Source: Octopus vulgaris
Taxonomy: Eukaryota
Direction: 5' to 3'
Assembly: GCA_951406725.2 (NCBI GenBank)
Contig: OX597831.1
Coordinates: forward strand, 13,082,001-13,146,000
Length of the DNA stretch: 64,000 bases
The notes under the pieces were generated by a model. It searched no databases and had not been told where the DNA came from. It saw only the letters and a program-made list of their open reading frames with translations. Both the position numbers and the translations under genes were made by a program. Shown piece by piece: positions 13,291 to 28,705 of this stretch. Numbering within the stretch: the stretch's first letter is position 1; each line of letters begins with the position of its first letter.

Positions 13291-13642
13291 CACACACAAA
13301 TATACAAACATCGACCGCACATAATGAATCTGTTCACTGCGGTTAGCGCTGGAGGACGACTCCTAAAAGCCACAGACTTGTCGTTCGAATCTTCTCCGGT
13401 TCGTTTCAGTTACGTGATGTTGATAAGCCACAATATATGTCGAAATATTGGAATCCATTACTCATGAGTTCGATATGCGGCGAGTTGTCTCGCCTGTGTA
13501 TGAGCGAGTCGTGCTCAGGTGCTACTTCGCAGCCAACCGGCGAACAAGCAAAACACTCGCATTGAACACATGCAGACGATAATGTTTACAACACTAGCGC
13601 TGCTTTTAATTCGATATTAAATATACATACTCACATACATTT

Positions 13643-13688
<46 letters not shown>

Positions 13689-14604
13689 ATACATTTTACA
13701 CACATATATAATATGACAGTGTAAACAAACACGGATATACGTACGCAAGATCGTGTACTTCTACGTTGATGTATGTGAGTTTAGAAATAAATATGTATGT
13801 GCATTTTTACATGTTTTTGCTTATATGTATTCACACACACACACATGCACATGCACACACTTAACTTCAAATTTTGAATTATAATTTCAATCGATTAAAA
13901 CTCATATTTGTCTCACAATTCTAGTCTGCATTTCGATTTATATTTTTCATGCAAAAATATCTCACGAGTAATATTTCCCAAAGCGTTCTGTATGATACCA
14001 TGTATTCCACACCCTCATATAAACATCTTTCCCGATCACGGGATATAACCCCTACGATGTTAAGTCCACCATATCTATTCCACATTTTTCAGCAACATCA
14101 TTGGTCGTACTTGAACTTTTAGACCCCTAAACGGTGGCCATGGAGATGTGAATTTAAGCAGGACTATGCGAATTAGTTAGATACGTGCCGTTCTCAAGTG
14201 GATTATCAGTATAAGAGAAAATGTATTAATGCGAATTCAAAGTTAATTTCCAGTGAGAACATAGCATGATGGTCATTGCTTTTAAGTATTTGTGTTCGAA
14301 GCAGTATTTCTTCCATAGCATGTCTGTACACGTGTTTCATGTAAACGCATAAAATACTCGAAGAATTTTCTTTTCTGCTTGAAGTATATAGTAAAAGTCA
14401 CAGTCACGGATCAGTGGATACAACGAAGGTTTAACGAGCGTGACAGGTTAGCTGCTATTTTCTATGGAAGCTACGGAAACCTCAAAAGGAAGAAAGAGAA
14501 ATCAAGAGAATTTTAAAAAAAAATTAAATTTCGCAAATAAAAAATAATTGTCGTCGCAACTCTCCAACAGTCGCAACAGAGAACAACAACATCGTCAACT
14601 ACAC

Positions 14605-14738
14605 GAAACACCACCAGCACCACCAGCACCACCACCACTACCACCAGCACCATCACCAGCACTGCCACCACTACCACTACCACCACTACCAGCACCAGCA
14701 CCACCACCGCCACCACCGCCACTGCTATCACCACCACC

Positions 14739-14769
<31 letters not shown>

Positions 14770-15440
14770 CTAACACCACCACCACCACTACCACCACCAC
14801 CACCATCACCACCACGACCACTACCACCAGCACCAGCACCACCACCACCAAATCATCATCACTAACACTACCACCACCACCACCACCACCACCAACATCA
14901 TCATCACTACCACCACCACCACACCACCACCACCACCACCACCATCACCACCACGACCACTACCACCAGCACCAGCACCACCACCAGCACCAGCACACTA
15001 ACACCACCACCACCACCACCACCACCACCACCACATCACTAACACCACCACCACCACCACCACCACCACCACCACCACCACGACCACTACCACCAGCACC
15101 AGTACCACCACCAAAATCATCATCACTAACACTACCACCACCACCACCACCACCACCACCACCACCACCACCAGCACCAGCACCAGCACCACCACCACCG
15201 CCACTGCCGCTGTCACCACTTCCACCAACGCCACTACCACCAGCACCACCACCACCACACCACCAGCACCAACAGCACCACCACCACCATCACTACCACC
15301 ACCAGCACCAACAGCACCACCACCACCACCACCACTACCAGCACCACCACAACCGCCGCCACCGCCGCCACCACCACTTCCACCAACACAACTACCACTA
15401 CCACCACCACCACCACCACCAACAACGACAATAACGACAA
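14605..15440. repeat. ~830-bp degenerate (ACC)n trinucleotide array
   Basis: ACC/AGC/ACT/ATC variants with internal block duplications (e.g. ACCACCACGACCACTACCACCAGCACCAG three times). Source of the poly-V/poly-P ORFs. Confidence 0.95.
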
Positions 15441-15888
15441 CCGCAGCCTTTCAAACGACACCAACAAACATGGCAGCAACAGCATCGCCACTTAACAAGA
15501 TTAACATAGAAAGCAGCTACCGCAAAAACAAACACAAACAACAAAATGTAAAGAAAAAAAAACAAACAACAACAACAACAACAACAACATAAAAAATCAA
15601 CAGAAAGCAACAACAACGACACAGCAACATCTAAAATAAAGTAAACAACAGTCAGAGCTAAAAGTCCAACATGGCGGTACCATTTCAACTTCAATGCAGA
15701 AAAAAGTTCAGCCAAACATGAATAATTAATTGTATCTGCTTTGAGTGAAATTTAACTCGTAAACAACAATGTGGTTCGTGATCTTACTGATGCAGCTGTC
15801 AACAACTTAATGAAAACCTATTCCATCTTGCGTTTTATGTAAAAGATCATTGTCCTTGATGCTATTGATGCTGTTGTCGTTGCTGTTG

Positions 15889-16251
15889 AGCGTAGCGGTC
15901 TTCGTCCCATTAGTGGGAGAAGTCCGAAACGTGGTCCTTTGCTATTCGTAAGACCCGCAGAAGAGAAAGCAGGTCGACCCCCAACACCGAGAGAGTATCG
16001 ACGGATGGATGAATGCGCATTCAGTATCAGGGGTTGCGTAGGAAGTCGGGGAGAAGAAACAGAAAGAAAGAGTGAGAGAAAGTTGGAGCGAAAAAGGGAA
16101 AACCGGGGTCTCGACCACCCCCTGTCGGAGCCTCGTGGAGCTTTAGGTGTTTTTGCTCAATAAACACACACAACGCCCGGTCTGGGAATCGAAAACGCGA
16201 TCCTCCGACCGCGAGTCCGCTGCCCTAACCATTGGGCCATTGCGCCTCCAC
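15889..16251 (-). mobile_element. tRNA-derived SINE family C, full length with 9-bp TSD
   Basis: Head GTGGAGGCGCAATGGCCCAATGGTTAGGGCAGCGGACTCGCGG...TTTTCGATTCCC (A/B boxes). TSD TTGCTGTTG at 15880-15888 and 16252-16260. Confidence 0.9.
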
Positions 16252-17274
16252 TTGCTGTTGTCGTTCTGGTCGTGGTTTTAGCACATGACGACGATGGTCC
16301 CTCCCGTCGAAGACGATGTAGAAGCGCTCAGTTTTTGCCGAACGATCTTTGCAAATGATTGATCTTGTGATCAAATTTTCGTGTCGCACATTCGGTCAGT
16401 CCCTCCATCAAATCGACGTTGCCTGAACAGTTGCATGGTGTCCCACGCGTCAGGTGTCGAAGCGAATGCAGAGCAACATGAGATGAAGTGTCTAGGAATT
16501 GAAATCACTGATTGATATACACACACGCACACGCCCTCACTGATTGATATACACACACGCACACACACATGTATGTATATTTGACCAAATGCGTTTCTCT
16601 TGTAACAATACCGTTTTTATTCTGAATTCGTGCATCGATAACAGACATGGACAACCATTTTTGAGAAGCAGGCTGCATGAGACCTAACTCGTCATCAGAT
16701 TAACTGTACTTCTAAAAATATATAAATAAATAAAACAAAGAATAAAATAAATAAAATAAAATAACCAAAGTGAGTTTACTTTAGGTGTGCCATCCAGAAA
16801 CTCTTGCAAGCCACAATTCTCTCATGACTGAGCTTGAACATTACCGACACAAATGCATCCGTCCTTTTCTATGACAGTCGAGTGATTTCATGGAAATTTG
16901 GCTCCTATTTCTAGCAAGCCTGCGACCACATTGCGGCTTCTCCTCTCCTCTCCTCTTCCAAATGCTCTCATCTCTTAGCATCTATATTGCATACTTATTT
17001 TTGATTAATTGCGGTGAAGATTGAACAGGTGTTAATAACGCTTTAAAGCATTCTGAAACTGGATTCGTACAATACCCATTGATAGGTTTGAAAAGGAACC
17101 CGGTTATTCATTCAAGCCTTTTAAATCTGGTGGATGGAGGTTCCTGAGGGAAGTTAATACCTGTTAGCGATGAGTTTGAACTTCTGAAGACAAAATAATG
17201 TAGGTAAGTAATTATACGACTGGAATGTGTGTGAGAATTAGTGTATGAGTGCTTGCATATATATATATATATGC

Positions 17275-17361
<87 letters not shown>

Positions 17362-18047
17362 TAAAGGGTATGAGAGATATTGGAGTCAAGAAGACCCAAA
17401 GGTGTCAGATAATGCCGAGTAAGTGCTTGGACAGACTATAGTTAAGCACCAGGTTCGATAATGATACGAACGAGGAGTCCAATGTAGGTCGTGTATTAGC
17501 ATGTATGTATTTAATTAACAGAATGAGATAAAACATCCTAGGCAGGGATGTCTTATATATCCCTTCATCAGAGATGGTGTGAGAAAATGTTTAAGTAAAA
17601 GTTATTATAGAGAAGATATGACATACAGAGTGAAGTGGAGGAATGAAAACAGACGTGAGATACGTAAGGATATTGTATCTGCAGTTCCATTATTTAAGCA
17701 GAATGGTGTATATGTTTCCTGTCGTGTCAGTTCATGGACATGAGTTAAAATAATAAAATAAGAACAGCAATAAATGAGTGAAGAAAAAAGAAATATATAA
17801 CCCGTGTGTTTATTTCACAGAAAAAAAAGAAAAGAAAATATGACCATCCCGAAATACAATATCTGTTGCAACACACAATTTCACATCAAGAATCTTGCGA
17901 AACGGATTGATAAAAGTCTAGTGTCTACGTTTTTTGATGTCCAGTGCCCATATATGCATTCATATATGTAGGTATGTACATATATGTATGTATAAATACA
18001 TATATTTATATATTATCTCTCTCTATATGTGTGTGTGTATATATATA

Positions 18048-18093
<46 letters not shown>

Positions 18094-18124
18094 TACATAA
18101 ACATATACATATATCTAAATCTGT

Positions 18125-18170
<46 letters not shown>

Positions 18171-19789
18171 GTATATATATATATGCATATATATATGTGT
18201 ATATATATGTATGTATATATGTATGTATGTATATATGTATGTATATATATATATTCATGTATGTATATATGTTTGTATATATGTATATATTTATATATAT
18301 GTAGGTACACATGTATGTATGTATGTATGTATGTAAGTATATATATATGCAGCATGAATATTTCTTTAATCATATTTTTCCCTTTGTGATTTACCTTATC
18401 TGTATGTTTAAAGTGACGCTGTCCCGTTCAAAACTTACTCAATTTCATATGTGGCTGCTATTTCTTTCAGAGTAAGGGTCAACGTAGAAGCCTCCCTGTT
18501 GGCACGTATGTGAGGTCAATCAAGTGAGCAAGGCAAATCACACCAGATAGCTTACAGTAGTGTTCAATAATCTTATGATTCATTCCGATCACGGTCCACA
18601 GTAATGACAGACCACTTGATTCTTATTTCTCTCCAATTATACAACGTAGTTTTTCTTTTATATACAACGTAGTTTTAATGTCTTTCGAACAGAACATAGT
18701 TTTTTTGCTTTCACATATAACGTAGATTTTTTTTGTATTTTGTTTCTTAACTTTTGCAATAAATTAGAAGCAGTAATGAAATCCAAACCGAGCGAAACGA
18801 ACGATCAGCATGAATAAATGAATAAATACATAAAAAAAGGGTAACTAAATACAAGATAAATAAACAAATGCAAACACAAGAAGCAGTATTTTAGAAAAAA
18901 GACCTTGGGAGTATGTTGTTCATAAAATATCTGAAATTATCTCAAATATTTACTGAACATCAAGCCATCTTTTAGAGATAAATTGCATCGTTAATAGAAC
19001 ATTAGATGAGATGAGATAGTTGGGAAAAATTATCAAAAATTCTAGCCCATTCTCTCTCTGTCTCTTACAATCGCACACACATATAAGAATACTATGAAAG
19101 TCATACAGACACACATATACACGCACATACATATGCACAAACATACACTTCCATATACGTACGCATACACAGACACATTTACAAATACACACATAAATAA
19201 ATACTTTATCTCTCACATATCTTTTATCTCACTCACGCACACATCTTCTTTCAGCTTTCTGTTTATGGACACACATATGCATGCACAGACACACAAATGC
19301 AATATAAAAGACACATGCACACCTACACACACATGCATATACACACACATAATAAATGTACACACAAACGTTTTGTCCCCCCCCCCATCACTTATACATA
19401 TTTCTATCACACGCATACTCACACAAATACACAGACACAGACACGCCCATTCTTCCTCATATACCATATAAGTGTACATACACACGTGTACACACACATG
19501 TGTGCATGCAAATATTTATGTACACACAAATATAAGTGTAGACATAAACACACACATATGGTCAAAAGCACTTTTATGAAGACACCCCTTCAGTCATTAT
19601 GTACAAGATACGTTGAACTACACACATACACACCTGCAATATGTACCACACTTAAAAAAGAAACGAAACAGAGCGATTTGTTCGACCGAACCCTCCAAAG
19701 CAGAGCTCCAGCATGACAGTAACACTGATATCTCATTTTAACAGATATATTTACCACAATTACATGAAAATGACTTGAAATACTAAAGA

Positions 19790-20280
19790 GTAAATTTAAT
19801 TTTTTAAAAAAAGCGTCATTTGGCTTCAAGCACGGCTTCCAGACGACTTTGGAATTTCCTGTAACTCTTCTGGACGGTCTTCTTGTTGGTGAATGCTGCC
19901 ATAATCCTTGCCTTCAGTTCATCTTTGGTGTTACAAGGAGTTTTTTTTGGTCTCTCGTTCAACTGCACCCCACATATAATAATTAAGGGTTTGAAATCTG
20001 GGGAGTTAGGTGGCCAGATGTTAGGGGTAATGTGGTTGCAGAAATTGTCCTGTGGCATGGTGAAGAGTCCTGTTGCTAGACATATGGTCTTCCAGCAGCT
20101 ACCCTCTTGACTCAGGGCTGCGCTACCTTCTCCATGAACTTGATGTAGACCTCTGTGTTGGGTGTGAATCCGTGTCGGAAGATGAATGGAGGTATAATGT
20201 GGTCATCACTAGCGATCACTCCAAACACCATCATGATGACGGGATGTTTGATTTTTATCACCCTCGGTACCTGTCCTCAG
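19790..20280 (-). mobile_element. Tc1/mariner transposase remnant (maT/DD37D-like)
   Basis: NIWPPNSPDFKPL...CNTKDELKARI...FQSRLEAVLEAK (19816-20058) and upstream MVFGVIASDDHIIPPFIF. Confidence 0.8.
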
Positions 20281-20428
20281 ATTGCAATGTCCTACAGATG
20301 CAATCCGTCACTGGAACTGTAAAAATCTGTAAAACCTTCCAGAAGTTTGTCATTTGAATATATATGAGCATGTCTAGATATGTAACTATGTGCACGAGAA
20401 CACATACATGAAACATACAAAACTGCAC

Positions 20429-20459
<31 letters not shown>

Positions 20460-20653
20460 CATACATACATACATACATACATACATACATACGTACATAC
20501 ATACATATAAATATACATCATATTCGCATACATTTATAAATATATATATATATATATATATGCATATATACATACATTCACATATATATATACATGTATG
20601 CATACATACGTTCATGCATAAATACACAGACACACACACACATACACACACAC

Positions 20654-20684
<31 letters not shown>

Positions 20685-22638
20685 CATATAATATATATGT
20701 ACGTATACACATGTGTGCATACATACGTACATTTTAGATGGAGAAGCCAGTCACGCTGAGAGAAGACCGTGACACTTTAACAAAAATAGTTTCCTCACGG
20801 AAACTATAAAATTAATTTCGTATATTTTTTCGATTCCCAACGATTTTCACAAATCTAAACCTACTGTTTTTGCTAACAAAAATTTTTGGCGTAATCTAAA
20901 ATAAAAATAAAAGAAAAGAATTAAATAAAGAATGTTCCATATGGCTTGTTTAGCATCCGCATGGCTTTCAATGCATACCGAGAAGATGGCAGCCAAACAC
21001 ATCGTCTGATAATATTTTTTTTATGAGCTTTCCGTCAATCTCGAATCGAGCACGATTTTGCTTGAATATTTTCATTGAATATTAGCTGAATGCCAGAAAT
21101 TCATAAATGTTGCACACCTTGAATGAATGTTCCTTGAAAAAAAAAATATAAACAAACAAAAACAAAATAATGCAAAAACGAAATGGAAAGCTTTTAATGA
21201 TTATCGCGAGTCAGCTTTAGCTCTCACCTGTTGAAATAAACCACAGCATTGTTTATGACAAAAAGCAAACAGAATGAACGATGGCTGCGTTTTGCCAGTT
21301 TATCTTTGTTTCTGTATGTGTTTTATTCACTTCAGAGTAGACATTTTTTAAAGGTGTACTCTTACTGAATAAATAATTCACTGACGAGAGTAATTAAAAC
21401 CGCGCATAATGCACAGGAAGAACAATAATGAAATTGCCTCTCCTTCTCTCTTTCTCTATATATCTCTTCTTTGCTCTCTCTTTCTCTCTTTCTCACTCGT
21501 TCATGTTTCTCATTTTCCGCGCGGCCTGTTCAACAATTGCGATGCAGCCATTGTTATGCTCTCAGGCTACTTTTTGCCGTCAATGTAGGTTTTTATGAGC
21601 GTATTAAATAATATACTTGATACTGGCCATGCAATGTAATGAAGGTGATGATAGAATTGTTAGTAGGTGTCGCCACAAAGAGCAGCTGACTTTCTTCTTC
21701 GACGAGAAAACAAATAAACAACGAGAATACAAAGCATCATTAATCAAATAATATCCGTTCGTTTTTTTATTCTACTTTTATTCTATTATTCGTTTACTAA
21801 TTTGGTTGTGTAAGTAATTCCACAGTGGCCATGCTGGAATGTCGCCTTAAAGGGATTTTGTCAGTCATATCGTTCCCAGGTATTTATTTTCAAGTCTGGT
21901 ATTTATCGTTCTCTATTTGGCGAATCGCTATTGTTATGCCGAACAGAAACAAGGAGCACCGTTTTTCAAACGTTGACAGCATGAAGGTAAACTCGTAAAT
22001 ATGTTCACACATTTACTTATCCGCATATATATATATATATATATATATCTATCTATATATATATATATATATAACTCACACTTACACTCTTACACACAGT
22101 ACACACACAAACTTATGGAACTAAGGACCATTCACATACCTATATGCATACATCAGTACCAGGTAAACGCACGGAAATTCCTACATACATAACTGACTTT
22201 CGCACAATTTCTGTCTACCTATTCCACTCAGAACCCATGGGATAACCTGCTCGTATAGCAAAAGATACGCATATGGTTCTAAGCTGAGCAAGGAAACGCA
22301 AAACCTTGTAGTAATGAAGAAAATTTCTTAACGGTATCACTTCAACGCTAAGTTCTCTTTGCCCTAGTAAGGATCATTGGGTCTCGACCATCTCGCTTCC
22401 CTGAAAACTGCTGATTTTGCGACAAGGTATCGATCTGGGATAATCATTAGCGGCACTTCGTCTATGCCTTCTGAATACAAATTATACCGAGGTCAACTTT
22501 GTCGTTCATCCTTTCGGAGTCGATGAAATAAGAGACAGTTGATCCCTAGATTTGGCGTAATTCACTAGCCCCTCCCACCCATACTGTAGGCCTTGTGACT
22601 ATTACTATAAGATTATTACGATTGTTATTAATGTTATT

Positions 22639-22950
22639 GTGGAGGCACAATGGCCCAGTGGTTAGGGCAGCGGACTCGCGGTCGGAGGATCGCTGTTTCG
22701 ATTCCCAGACCGGGCGTTGTGAGTGTTTATTGAGCTAAAACACCAAAAGCTCCACGAGGCTCCGGCAGGGGGTGGTGGCGACCCCTGTTCTACTCATTCG
22801 CCCCAACTTTCTCTCACTCTTTCTTCCTGTTTCTTGAGTAACGCTGCAACGGACTGGCGTCCCGTTCAGCTGGGGGCAACACATTCGCCATAGAAACCGG
22901 GAACCTGGGCCCATGAGCCTGGCTAGGCTTGAAAAGGGCGCATAAGTAAA
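22639..22950 (+). mobile_element. SINE family C head with V-domain-like 3' part
   Basis: Same head as 15889-16251, then GGACTGGCGTCCCGTTCAG and a different tail. Degenerate family B copies flank it (~22480-22600, ~22995-23200). Confidence 0.85.
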
Positions 22951-24899
22951 AAGAATAGTGTTTCTGAAACCAATATGGCGCAATATTTAAGCGTTTGAAT
23001 TGGCAGAGAATCGTAAGACTGTTTGACAAAATGAGTTGCTATAGTTTTACGCGTCTACGTTTTGAGTTCAAAAGTCGCTTAAGTGACTTTCACTTTTCCT
23101 CCACAGTGGATAAAATGAAGTACCAGTCATGCCTTGGGGGCAATATAATCTACTTTTCCTTTCCGGTCAAAATTGTGGCGTGTGTCGACTTTAAAAGTAA
23201 TTCTTTCTGGATGTTTGTTATTGGCAATATTTATAGCATAATTATAAAAACGATTAAAGCGATTAAATTAAGACTGTCTTGTCATCTGCATACACAAGAT
23301 TAATACAGTCTACTAATTTGTCTCGGAAGACAGGAGGATTATTGATGCATGCCGTCGTTTTCAGACGGAATAACGATGGAAAAGCTGTGTTCTCAGATTA
23401 GCGTTAATTATTTTTTTTAAGTTTCAAAGGAAAACAAGACGTTATTCGCCGTATCTTTCAACAAGATATTCTTTTGTTTTTCAAGTCTAGACGAAATTCA
23501 TCAAACGGAATGTAACTAAATTAGTATTGATTATGCCATTAGTGTACGGTGTCTCCATCTACACAAACAGGTTGGTCAAACATTTATACAATACAAAGCA
23601 GTTATTTTAGTTTTGAATAATGTTTACATGTTTATTTATTAACATTTCAAGATCCAAACTCTTGTATAATTAACCAATTTATGACATTTTCTTTCACGCT
23701 GTTAATGATTTATTTTCGTAATTTCATTATCAATTATAGAACGAAAACTTAGATTTTATTTGTTTTTAATGTTGTGATTAGTCATATATTTTTCGTTGAC
23801 AATTCACTGTATTTGGTAGGTTGAGTGTGAAGGCAAGAACGACCACACAAATATTGATTGAGTTTTCAAATATTTTATTAAACTGCATCGTTTATAATTA
23901 AACGTATATATATATTTGATTTAATTGAACAGCGTTCATGAAGCAATGAACGTAATATGACTTTTCTGTGATAGAACAATTCTAGATGATATAGGAAAAT
24001 AGTTCATAGCTTTTTCAAGACGAAATATATAGATAGATTTCAAATTACTGCGTATAAGTAATGTGGGTTATCTGCTTATGACTTTAAGATTGTTGTCTTT
24101 TGAGGAATAGGAAATAAACATGTTAAATAAGACTAAGACAAAGAGAGTTAAAAACCAACCTGTTAAGCAAAGTGACAAAATCATCCACACGGTTAAACGG
24201 CTCCGGTCTGAGATTGGATTTGACAGGTTTTTATAACTGTTATGTTAGCCACGTTTTCAAGAACATTCAGCAAAGCAGTTTGGTGAGAAAACGCGATCAA
24301 TTCCTTTGAAGTTCGTTGCATCAACCATAATAAGTCAGCTAGTACTGATTGGTCGAGCAGTATTCACGTTGGTGTTAATGCATTTGACGGCTACATTTTT
24401 TCCTTCCATTGATATTTAGTAGGTCATGGTTCCGGACTGGAAAAAATCTGAAAATTGCGGATCGAGATACAGCAGCAACCTGGCTGCAGATTCATAAACT
24501 CAGTTCTATGTGGAATATTTTCTGATCTTCATATCCAGGCTCCCGATGTCTAACTCAGTGTTGCAGCTGATAATGCTGTTGTTGTTATTGTAAAATGAAA
24601 ATTAAAAGTTTACGAATTAACGAGTTAAGAAATACACTTCTATAATATCTGACTATATCCGCTAATATCTGACTATTAATTACCATATTTTACTTATAAT
24701 GTTGCTGTTTGTTAGTTAGAAGTTAACTCCGACACAACAATTCAATGAAAAAAAGAATCCAAGACACGGATAGTCATTCATTTCACCAACTTTGCTAAGT
24801 TTCTCGGGGTTAAATTAAAAATATTTTTGATCTAATTATACTCTTAAAATTTTCGGGTTATGTTAACGTCGTTGTTGTTATTAAGATTCGTTTCAGAGC

Positions 24900-25041
24900 T
24901 GTTTCATCTACAGAACCACTTGAAAAGGAAGGTGAGAATGGAGAGGCAGGTTTTGTCTTGTGAGAGTTTCAAAAAATGGTGGGTGAATGTAGCAAAGATG
25001 GTGCGTGCGAGTGTCGAAACCGCTTAGAGCATGATCCTGTA

Positions 25042-25090
<49 letters not shown>

Positions 25091-25345
25091 TGTTTATTCC
25101 CTCCCTGCCTGAGGCTACCGTGGTCTTTTCCGTAGGATTTTCTTTCCACGGATAAACCTAATCTTAATTTTTACATTTTTAGAACACTTCTGTGATACAC
25201 GATCAGTATTGATGGTTTTTTTTCCCGATCCCTTTTACTTTTTTCTCATTTTTCCCCTTTTATTTCATTTTCGAAAAGAAAAGCTTTACATTTGTATTAG
25301 TCCCCCCTGTGTTCAGCCCTGTGTAGCCAATAAAGAAATTTATCT
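24900..25345 (+). mobile_element. 3' end of an L1/Tx1-type LINE ending in (TATC)n
   Basis: HLKRKVRMERQVLSCESFKKWWVNVAKMVRASVETA* resembles a Tx1 ORF2 C-terminus, then a 3' UTR ending CAGCCCTGTGTAGCCAATAAAGAAA and (TATC)n. Confidence 0.6.
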
Positions 25346-25367
25346 ATCTATCTATCCTCTATCTTTT

Positions 25368-25450
<83 letters not shown>

Positions 25451-25833
25451 GTCTGCTTGACTGTCTGTCTGTCCTTAGATACGTAGAAATTTTTACAACA
25501 ACGGATCAAAGGACATTCGCGAGCCATAGGCTCATGAAATTGGTTTTCCCTGGAGTCTGTGGCGCATATATTCCGCACCCACCCACGACAGAACAGCGGT
25601 CCATTGTTGCCAACTAACTGGACTGCCGCAGCGTGAAATAAACTATTTTACTTCAGGACACAAGGCATCGCTTGCACCTGGGATCGAAACCATAAAATAA
25701 CAATCATGAGTGCAAACACCCCAAGCACTAAATAACCCACTCCTACATGTATGTGTGTGTTTGTACATATATATATATATATAATGTAAGTCTATAGAAA
25801 TTTATATATAAAAACAAACCTATAAAAGTATAT

Positions 25834-26190
25834 CAGGAGTGGCTGTGTGGTAATTAGCTTGCTTAGAACCACATGGTTCCGGGTTCAGTCCCACTGCGTG
25901 GCACCTTCGGCAAGTGTCTTCTACTATAGCCTCGGGCCGATCAAAGCCTTGTGAGTGGACTTGGTAGATGGAAGCTGAAAGAAGCCCGTCGTATATATGT
26001 ATATGTATATATATGTGTGTGTGCGTTTGTGTTTATGTGTTGGTGTGGTTACGTCCCCGTCACTTAGCGGTTCGGCAAAAGAGACCGGTAGAATAAGTAC
26101 TAGACTTAAGTTCTGGGGTCGATTTGCTCGACTAAAGGCGGCGGTGCTCCAGCATGGCCACAGTCAAATGACTGAAACAATAAAAGAGTA
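25834..26190 (+). mobile_element. SINE family A, near full length
   Basis: Matches the reverse complement of 680-1062. Confidence 0.85.
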
Positions 26191-26750
26191 TATAATAATG
26201 AGTGCGTGTGCGTGTATGAGTATGCGCACGCCCACATAAAAAATCCTGCACCGACTTTAATAATATCATCTGCGTGAGGTTTGTCACGTGACTTGCAAAC
26301 TATTAACGGATCGATAGAATATATTTTAAAAGAGAAATGACAAACGAAATGGTAAATCCGTGACTTTCAGAACTGTGTCAATCGATTAGTTGATTCTATC
26401 GCAAAATAGTAAATCAAACGATTCTATAAATGAACGCTGATCAGTTAACTTCTGTTGCTATTTTGAGACCGTGTATCCATTTCTGCATGTATGTATGCAT
26501 TCATACACCCATACATACATGCATACATACATACATAGTTACATATATACATACATGCGTACACACAAATATGTATATATACATATGCATATATATATAT
26601 ATGCATGTAGATGCATATATATATATATATATGGGTATATACTTGCATGAATATAAAGATGTTTCCAAAATTAAACGTTAATACATGTCTGTCTGTCTGT
26701 CTTTTTGTATGTATGTATAAATAAATACATGTATCTATTATCTATATCTG

Positions 26751-26811
<61 letters not shown>

Positions 26812-26908
26812 ATGTGTGTGTGCGTTTGCGCGCGCGTGTGTGTCTGTATATATATATATATGAATGTTTGTATATATATTTATATATGTATATATATATA
26901 TACATACT

Positions 26909-26955
<47 letters not shown>

Positions 26956-27023
26956 ATATATATACATACACACACGCACACGCATACATACCTAATACAT
27001 ACATACATACGCAGATATATATA

Positions 27024-27096
<73 letters not shown>

Positions 27097-27324
27097 CTCT
27101 TGTGTGCAGGTGCGTTCTGTTAGCCTGTGGCTGCATTCGCATGTGTTCAAGTGTGCGTGGAATTGTAAACTGTTATGGATGTACGTTTTTGTAAATTTTT
27201 TATGACATTTCGCTTGTTTATTGATTGATATGGAAAATTGATATTGTTAACTCTAGCAGACTGTTTGTCAGACACTGTTCTCTGTTTTCGCTCGTTAAAA
27301 AGCGAATATATATAGGTTTGTATC

Positions 27325-27371
<47 letters not shown>

Positions 27372-27467
27372 TTATATATTCATATACACTTCCTTACGTA
27401 CATATATATGTAAATGCATATACGTGCACATATATGATTACATATATCTATAAATACTCACTGCATA

Positions 27468-27530
<63 letters not shown>

Positions 27531-27655
27531 GTATGTGTATACATATATACAAACATAAACGTGTATGAATATATATAAGTATATATATAACTATATGCAC
27601 CTCGCCCACACATATTCACACATACACACACGCTGTCGCACATATGCTTGTAAAC

Positions 27656-27694
<39 letters not shown>

Positions 27695-27807
27695 CATATA
27701 TATATATATGAACATACACATATGTATATATATATTATAAACAGAATGGTTAGAATCTGATTTTTCAAAATTTCTGTGAAACAGTAGTATTCTTCACACA
27801 CACACAA

Positions 27808-27838
<31 letters not shown>

Positions 27839-27888
27839 CATGCATAGATATGTTGCTTTACACATACTCATCCACCTACGTATATGTA

Positions 27889-27934
<46 letters not shown>

Positions 27935-28501
27935 ATTCGCACGCAGAAATTACACACACAGACATACAGACACATACTGACACATACACAATACAAGATG
28001 AAACAGCCTTGAATAAGTGTAAAGTGATATTCATCTCGTTCGAGTGCACTTGGACGCGACAATGCTTTTCACCGCAGAATATTCTCTACAGAAAATTGCT
28101 CTAAATATGAGAGAAACCACACCAGAGGCTATGAATGATGTCAGTGGATCGCACAACACAAAACCTGTCATATTCAGATCATGTTGTGCTTTCATACATG
28201 TTCAGGAAGAGAACGTTCTCCCGGCATTATCCCCCCCCACCAAGCTGGATGTCTATGCACATCCGTGTGCATTCGAACGTATTGAATATGAATATGAATA
28301 TATTTATATACACACACACACAAACATATATGTGTACATATATGTCAACACACACACATGCACATTGAAATATATATATGCTTTTATATATGCATATATA
28401 TAAATATGTATACATATATATATTAAAGATATATATATATATATCATATATATATATATATATATATATAAACACATGTGTGTGTGTATAAATATGTATA
28501 C

Positions 28502-28532
<31 letters not shown>

Positions 28533-28705
28533 GACCTGCGTGCACGCACAAATCCACACATACACACACATACCTCCTCTTGCATTCTCCTGTCTTAGAA
28601 AGAAATTTTCTTCACCCATTCCCTTCCGGTCATTTCAATATGCGACCGCGTGTGTATCGTTGGCGATTTTCTTTCTCCGTCTTCCATTCTTTGGTCTTTT
28701 TCTGT

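Noticed and set aside
14513-15715. Proline-rich (formin/extensin-like), mucin-like or poly-Val ORFs
   Set aside because: Degenerate (ACC)n array with frame-breaking indels and no supporting splice or domain context.
17545-17575. Minus-strand CUGAUGA AGGGAU...AUCCCU
   Set aside because: The 5' core and stem II are present but GAAA, stem III and stem I' are missing; counted only as a relic.
21548-21565. Sox-Oct-like CATTGTTATGC
   Set aside because: The octamer half is incomplete and a single short match is expected by chance.
22639-22715. tRNA gene
   Set aside because: The A/B boxes belong to a SINE head that continues into a multi-copy body; the same applies to the other SINE heads.
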